Shown here: positions 58,290 through 64,000 of the stretch, piece by piece | Layout: every line of letters starts with the position of its first letter | Numbering within the stretch: the first letter of the stretch is position 1 | Assembly: GCA_000146045.2 (NCBI GenBank) | Contig: BK006949.2 | Location: 96,001-160,000 of the forward strand | Origin: TPA_inf: Saccharomyces | Lineage: Eukaryota | Length of the DNA stretch: 64,000 nucleotides | Direction of reading: 5' to 3' | Position numbers and translations under genes: made by a program | Notes under the pieces: model-generated | Seen by the model: only the letters and a program-made list of their open reading frames with translations | Told to the model about the DNA's origin: nothing | Databases searched by the model: none

Positions 58290-60212
58290 CTATTTACGGC
58301 CCTTCTTCTTGTTCTTAGGCTTTTTATTAACAGTGGGCTTCCCTTTCTTTGATATGTCAAGGGCCTGTTCTGATTTTTTGTTCATAGCACCACCTTGAGT
58401 TTGTTTTGCACCTTGTTGTTTTTTCTTTGGCCTATAAGTAGACCTGTCTCTTAATGGCAGCCACCTTTCAGGATCAGGTAATTTGGAGGTGTCGCGACCT
58501 TGTAAAAATTTTTCGAGGCGTTTAATCTTTCTTTTCTTCTTTAGCTCTAAAACTTTTCTCTTTTGAACTTTGCTAACTGCGGTGTTTTTACTTCTCTTTG
58601 CTGACGATTCTAAGGGTTTCACACCAAGTTGAATTAATTTATCAATATCAATATCTCTCACTAGATCTATACCTTGTGCTATATCCAAAGAATCTGACGA
58701 AACAACTCTGTCAACAAGGACATCTGCATCGCCTTTACTAAAGTTTGAAATCTCTCTGAGTAAAGCCTTCGATTCTTTAGCATTACCCATGGACAATAAT
58801 TCAAACCCGACGTGTTTCCAAAATGGTATGTTTTCTTGGATTTTTCCGCTCAATTGGACTCTCACGGAGCCTAATTTTTTAAGCAGAACACTTTTGGAGT
58901 TGTTTCTTCCCTTAATCTTGTATAATTCAAATAAAATGTAACACACGATGGCTTGTGAATCGTTGAATTTTTCAAAGGACGATTTCCAGCTTTCATTTAA
59001 AAATAATTCTCCTATTCTGATAGCATTTTCCCATTCCTTCTCTATTATTAGCAATTGGATAGTCAGTAGTAATATTCCAATCGTACTTCCATCTGTTCCA
59101 CTTAAAATGGTTTTTGTAGTGTGGTGGTAAAGTTTCTTGGCCTGCGTCTTGTAGCTTTCCAAAGTAACATTGTCAACTAACTTAGAGTATTTATCGAACG
59201 TTCTTGATAAAAGGGACTCTTGAGAGTGAATTTTGACATTGTTGAACAAACGCAGGAAAAGTACATTGCGTTGAATGTTTGACCATTGTTCATGGGTGAA
59301 GGTTTGTAAATTAAAAGTGTTTAGTTTTTCTACGTTTAATTCCCTTAACAGTAAATTGAAGTTTGTATTGTATTTAGAGAAATCAACAAACGCATTTAGG
59401 TTATTTTGACAAATTAAAGAGAATGGAGAATCGGCTTTCAGTTCCTGCAATAAGCCCTTTAAGATTTCTTTACTTTGTGCAGTTTTCCCCACCATTTGCA
59501 AAACAAATGATAATTGCAATTTAATAGTATTAATATCGTTTTGATAGCCTTCATTCGTGGCTCCTTGAAGCGCTTTTTCTAATAGTTCGATAGCCTTGTC
59601 ATATTTACCTACGGATGCCATGATGAATGATTCATTGAATAATAAATCGTAGGAAGATTCATCCATAGGAGTAACTAAGGGTGATCTGTTCATTAACTCT
59701 GTCGCAACGGATAGCGGAACCCTTTCGTTACAAGAGAGTTCAATTTGACTATCCTGATCCTTCTCATTGTGACTTGCTAAATGTTGATATATTTTAAAAG
59801 CTTCTTGGTACAGCCCATTTTTATAACAATATTGAGCTCTCACATGTAGGATACCTCTAAGTGACTCGATATCCTTTTTTAGTACCGTATCGAGATCATC
59901 TGTGATAATTGCTGTGTACAATGTGTTGAATTCATCTGGCATATTCAATTTATAGAAAATGTACAATTTTTCTAGCGCAAATTTGCGACCGTACTTGTCA
60001 TCTATATGTTTGAATTTTTTTAAATAATGTAAAGCCTTTTGATACTTGTCCTGTTGGATAACAGCTACTAAGCAACGTCTAAATACATCCGCTGGATTCT
60101 CACATCCAGAATCCAATAGTTTCACGCAAGTCTGTTCGACCTGCGAATGCTCGTCTTGAGACAATTGAATGTTCAATTGAGAGAGCAAATTAGTTAAATT
60201 ATCTTTAGCCAT
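58290..60212 (-). CDS. SRP72: Signal recognition particle 72-kDa subunit (TPR protein; 640 aa)
   Basis: TPR-rich N-terminus and a Lys-rich C-terminal RNA-binding tail (…[10 protein letters not shown]). The open frame starts 6 codons earlier ([10 protein letters not shown]); the annotated-length start is [10 protein letters not shown]. Confidence 0.88.
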
Positions 60213-60489
60213 TTTTTTGCTTTCTTTCATTACTCTTATTATTGATCAGAACCAACTCAACAAAGTAAATCTGCTACTTTAATGCATAGCAATTTTCAGC
60301 TTGTTTTCCTCTTTTCTTTCGACAAAGGCGAAAGAAAAGAGGAAAAAATGAACAAGAAAATTTAATCAAATATCGCAATATACGATGCCGAAAAGAGTAA
60401 TGAAATATTAGAAATGGATACTTAGTATTATGTGATATGTGCGGGAGTGATTAATAGTGCCCTTCAAACGATTCTGTCATACTTTAATT

Positions 60490-61593
60490 CTATAACCGCT
60501 TATTTTCCCAAAAGGGCTTGTTTCTTAGTATCCAAGGATGCATTTTTACGTCTCCAAGGCGCATTCTATCTTTGGGGTCGTATTTTAGTAGTTTAAGTAT
60601 TAAATCTTGCGCATCCTGAGAAATGTTACTGGGCATTTTGATATCCAGTGCTGCTATCCTTTTATATGTAGTATCTTTCATTTCTTCTTCGAACGGAGGG
60701 GCACCGGTCAGTAGTTCAAACGCCAGGACGCCAAGAGCCCATGCATCTATAGTGTGATCATATTCCCTTGACTCCACCATTTCTGGAGAAAGGTAGTCAA
60801 TTGTCCCACAGACAGTTTTCCTTCTATTTTCTGGCGGATTTATTATACTCCATCCGAAGTCCGTTAACTTAATGACATTATTGAACCCTATTAGTATATT
60901 TTCAGGTTTAATATCTCTATGAATAATATTCTTTTTATGCATATAATCTAGGGCATTGGCAATTTGATAAATATAATCTGATGCTAAAATATCGTTGAAG
61001 GGTCCGTGTAACCTCAATAGTTTATACATTTCCCCATTGACTAAGTATTCCATTAGCAGGTACACTCTTTTTTCATCATGAAAATAGCCGTATGATTTAG
61101 TTAGATTCGGATGATTTAGCGATGTTTGTATTTCTACCTCCCTTCTGAATTGTTTCTGTAAATTATACTTTATTATTTCTTCCTTCTCCATTACTTTCAG
61201 TGCGCAAATATATCCTGTACTCCTGTGCCGAACGCAATAAACTTTACCGAATTTACCCTTTCCTAATTTCTTCCCCAGTTCAAAGTCATCGAGTGATAGG
61301 GATTTAAATTTAGGTAGCTTCTTATTTTCGTGTATCATTTTGGAAGAAGTCGCTTTCCTTATAGGTGATGGAATTTTGGAGCTTTCCATATCCAAAAACT
61401 TCTTATTGTTTACAGGTAATCTGTTCAATTTTTCTCTTACAGGTGAAGGTATTTTTGAATTCGGGTTTCTTTGCTGCGGCGAATGGGATATTCTCCATGG
61501 TTTATTGATCCTGGACGTATTTGGTCTTGTTGTGGTCTTTTTCGATGGCGAATTAGCGTTTAGTTTGATATTTACTAAACTATTGCGTTGCAT
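60490..61593 (-). CDS. IPL1: Aurora protein kinase (367 aa)
   Basis: Ser-rich N-terminus followed by the kinase domain ([10 protein letters not shown]…[10 protein letters not shown]…DFGWS…). Confidence 0.95.
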
Positions 61594-61841
61594 TCCCTTT
61601 TTACTTCTTTCTTTTGTTGTATTTCAAAATCCCAGTTTTTTTTGCGCTAAGAATGATCTTGCTTTGTTTATGCATTCACTTGAGCAATTGCATCAGTTGG
61701 CCTTAGCTCAAGGTTTTTATAGAATGGTAAACAAATTAAGCGCTTTACAGGAAAAACGCGTGAAGTTAAACTTACTGTTCAATAAGCAATGCTGTATCGG
61801 AAAATGGAGCACAAAGGTTATAGATACAAGAGAAGACTATC

Positions 61842-63593
61842 ATGTCATCAGATGCGTTAAAAGCACTACTTCAGTGGGGTGCGTCATTTGGTGTAATAGT
61901 GCCAGAGGAACTCAAGTTTTTATATACCGATCTTAAGGGCATTATTTGCGTATGTGAAAAAGATATAGACAATCCCAGCATCAAGATTCCTCCCGAGATT
62001 GTCATTTCAAGGAATCTGCCCATGAAGTTTTTTGGGCTAAGTGAATCCACTAAGAATATCAACGGATGGCTGAAGTTGTTCTTCGCAAAAATAAAATTTG
62101 ATAGGGATAATGATACTATCGTGGACAATGTTCGTGTGAATGATAAATTTAAACCTTACTTGGATGCATTGCCTTCCCGCCTAAATTCGCCCTTGGTCTG
62201 GAACCCAAGCGAGTTGAAGCGTTTATCATCTACAAACATAGGGAATTCGATTCATGAAAAGTTCGAAGGTATATTTAAAGAGTGGTTTGAACTGGTCAGT
62301 TCTTCAGATATGTTTGACTTGGAAAGAGTGGCAGATGATGTGCAGACCTTCCATAATCTCGATGAGTTGACATATGAGGCTTTGTATGAGAAGATTTTGA
62401 AGATAACAGAACTTCAAAGACCAACTATCTGGTATTCTTTTCCTGCATTTTTATGGTCGCACCTTATATTCATTTCAAGAGCATTCCCTGAATATGTGCT
62501 AAACAGAAACTGTCCTGACAACTCTATTGTACTGCTTCCCATCGTCGATCTTCTAAATCATGACTACCGTTCCAAAGTCAAATGGTATCCTGAAAATGGG
62601 TGGTTCTGTTATGAAAAAATCGGTACCGCCTCCCAATCACGAGAACTATCAAATAATTATGGCGGTAAGGGAAATGAGGAGTTACTCTCTGGATATGGAT
62701 TTGTTTTAGAAGACAACATATTTGACTCAGTGGCTTTGAAAGTTAAATTGCCATTAGATGTGGTATCTACAATTCTTGAAACAGAACCTAGTTTGAAGCT
62801 GCCCTTACTTTCGGATTACACCACTTATGCTTTTGAAAACAAAGACTGTGTCCAGCAAGAAAAGAAGGCTACTCGTAGTGCTACAGACTACATCAATGGG
62901 GTGACTTACTTCATTAACATACAAAATGAACAATGTTTAGAACCATTACTGGATCTTTTTACCTACCTTTCTAAGGCCGAAGAGGAGGATCTACACGATT
63001 TGAGAGCCCGTTTGCAGGGTATACAAATGCTACGAAATGCATTGCAGAGCAAACTCAACAGCATTACTGGACCACCTGCAACTGATGACTCTTATGCAAT
63101 TGATCCTTACAGAGTCTATTGTGCTGACGTTTATACTAAAGGTCAAAAACAAATTTTAAAAGAGGCTTTAACGAGGTTGAAAAAACTAGAAAAAACAATG
63201 CTGTCAGAGAACAAGCACCAATTGCTAACCATGAGCAAAATTCTTAAGAATGACCCTGCTTTTGCAGAAACTGAATTACCTTCGCTGTTCAGCAACGAAG
63301 ATGGTGAAGAGGTCATCTTTGAATCTACTTATGATTTATTGATACTTTGGATTCTACTGAAAACGAAAAAGAATTCTTACCCCACCAAATATGAATGGGT
63401 TGGACAGCAGTATACTAATTTCAAGCAAACTGCATATATTTCAGATGATGCCAAGGCTTTCCATACTGCATACTTCGAGAAGCAAGACGATGTGGATTTG
63501 GCCGAAGTAGATCATGCGATTCAGTTTGTAGTAGACAATTCCTTTACCAGAACTTCATCTACAACCGAAGAGACTATTTTAGTACGTAAGTAG
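61842..63593 (+). CDS. RKM1: SET-domain ribosomal protein (Rpl23) lysine methyltransferase (583 aa)
   Basis: 583-aa ORF with a split SET domain (…LLPIVDLLNHD…NNYGGKGNEELLSGYGF). Confidence 0.86.
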   Translation: MSSDALKALLQWGASFGVIVPEELKFLYTDLKGIICVCEKDIDNPSIKIPPEIVISRNLPMKFFGLSESTKNINGWLKLFFAKIKFDRDNDTIVDNVRVNDKFKPYLDALPSRLNSPLVWNPSELKRLSSTNIGNSIHEKFEGIFKEWFELVSSSDMFDLERVADDVQTFHNLDELTYEALYEKILKITELQRPTIWYSFPAFLWSHLIFISRAFPEYVLNRNCPDNSIVLLPIVDLLNHDYRSKVKWYPENGWFCYEKIGTASQSRELSNNYGGKGNEELLSGYGFVLEDNIFDSVALKVKLPLDVVSTILETEPSLKLPLLSDYTTYAFENKDCVQQEKKATRSATDYINGVTYFINIQNEQCLEPLLDLFTYLSKAEEEDLHDLRARLQGIQMLRNALQSKLNSITGPPATDDSYAIDPYRVYCADVYTKGQKQILKEALTRLKKLEKTMLSENKHQLLTMSKILKNDPAFAETELPSLFSNEDGEEVIFESTYDLLILWILLKTKKNSYPTKYEWVGQQYTNFKQTAYISDDAKAFHTAYFEKQDDVDLAEVDHAIQFVVDNSFTRTSSTTEETILVRK

Positions 63594-63908
63594 CTTTTCC
63601 TTATAGAATGTTAGAGTAGAGTACGTAATTACATCTGCACTTATTTAATAAATGCACTTACTAACAAACTGGGTTCTCATTGGTCAGAAGTGTCCCGGGT
63701 ATCCGAATATGGCTTCGATGAAATTTTTCGCCATGGAGCTGCGATGCCCGATATTTGTGTATAAAACATGGAAATGAGCTTATATAGTGACTACTCTGCA
63801 TTTTCGTTATTTCTAGAGCAGAGCTTAAGTTACCCATAGTTATTTCTATAGCTTGCCCTATCATCCATTTGATCAACAATAGGGAATAACTGTAACAGTA
63901 AGTAAATT

Positions 63909-64000
63909 ATGGATGGTTTTCGTGTAGCTGGTGCGTTAGTAGTTGGTGCGTTAACCGCTGCATATTTATATTTTGGCGGAAGGTTTTCGATAGCGCTGGT
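63909..64000 (+). CDS. TYW1: N-terminal 30 codons of the radical-SAM/flavodoxin wybutosine synthesis enzyme (partial; continues past the window end)
   Basis: ATG at 63909 opens MDGFRVAGALVVGALTAAYLYFGGRFSIAL, a hydrophobic N-terminal anchor. Position after RKM1 fits YPL207W. Confidence 0.55.
   Translation, partial: MDGFRVAGALVVGALTAAYLYFGGRFSIAL

Noticed and set aside
61340-61936. 198-aa plus-strand ORF spanning the IPL1 5' end and the IPL1-RKM1 promoter
   Set aside because: It overlaps the IPL1 N-terminal Ser-rich coding region in antisense and runs through the promoter; there is no support.
63620-63686. GTACGT … TACTAAC (63660) … CAG upstream of TYW1, resembling a small intron
   Set aside because: The 5' splice site is the weaker GTACGT variant and lies only about 39 nt from the branchpoint. 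The segment is more likely the RKM1 3'UTR, and TYW1 is not known to be spliced. I consider it a chance TACTAAC.

Overview
This window reads as an ordinary, gene-dense stretch of Saccharomyces cerevisiae nuclear DNA. From memory it matches the left arm of chromosome XVI, about 96-160 kb in S288C; that is recollection, not a database lookup. The gene order is CIN2(partial)-HSP82-YAR1-SUI3-ENV7-RVB2-VMA11-NSL1-SSO1-FAS2-USV1-YPL229W-CET1-ALG5-NEW1-YPL225W-MMT2-GRE1-FMP40-FLC1-RPL1A-PCL8-SAR1-BMS1-YPL216W-CBP3-THI6-LEA1-PUS1-NIP7-SRP72-IPL1-RKM1-TYW1(partial). Every long ORF in the six-frame track translates to a protein I recognise, and the gene lengths and intergenic spacers match what I remember. 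I therefore see no sign of an inserted foreign segment, Ty/LTR element, tRNA gene, CRISPR array or any prokaryote-style 'system'. I do not find an undescribed biological system here, and the main conclusion is negative. What the sequence does show, beyond the CDSs, falls into three groups:
- Spliceosomal introns: a 25-nt first exon in CIN2, the SAR1 intron, and a convincing candidate 5'UTR intron in USV1.
- Promoter elements readable by eye: an HSE array at HSP82, an ICRE at FAS2, an STRE cluster inside a GC-rich island upstream of USV1, and paired RRPE+PAC motifs at BMS1 and at NIP7/PUS1.
- Tandem or low-complexity coding repeats: the NEW1 N/Y prion-domain repeat, a 9-bp x4 repeat in YPL216W, the HSP82 charged linker, and a poly-Q CAG tract in YPL229W.
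Several annotated starts (ENV7, NEW1, MMT2, THI6, PUS1, SRP72, CBP3) are internal methionines of longer open frames; I give the start that matches the protein length I remember and flag the extension.
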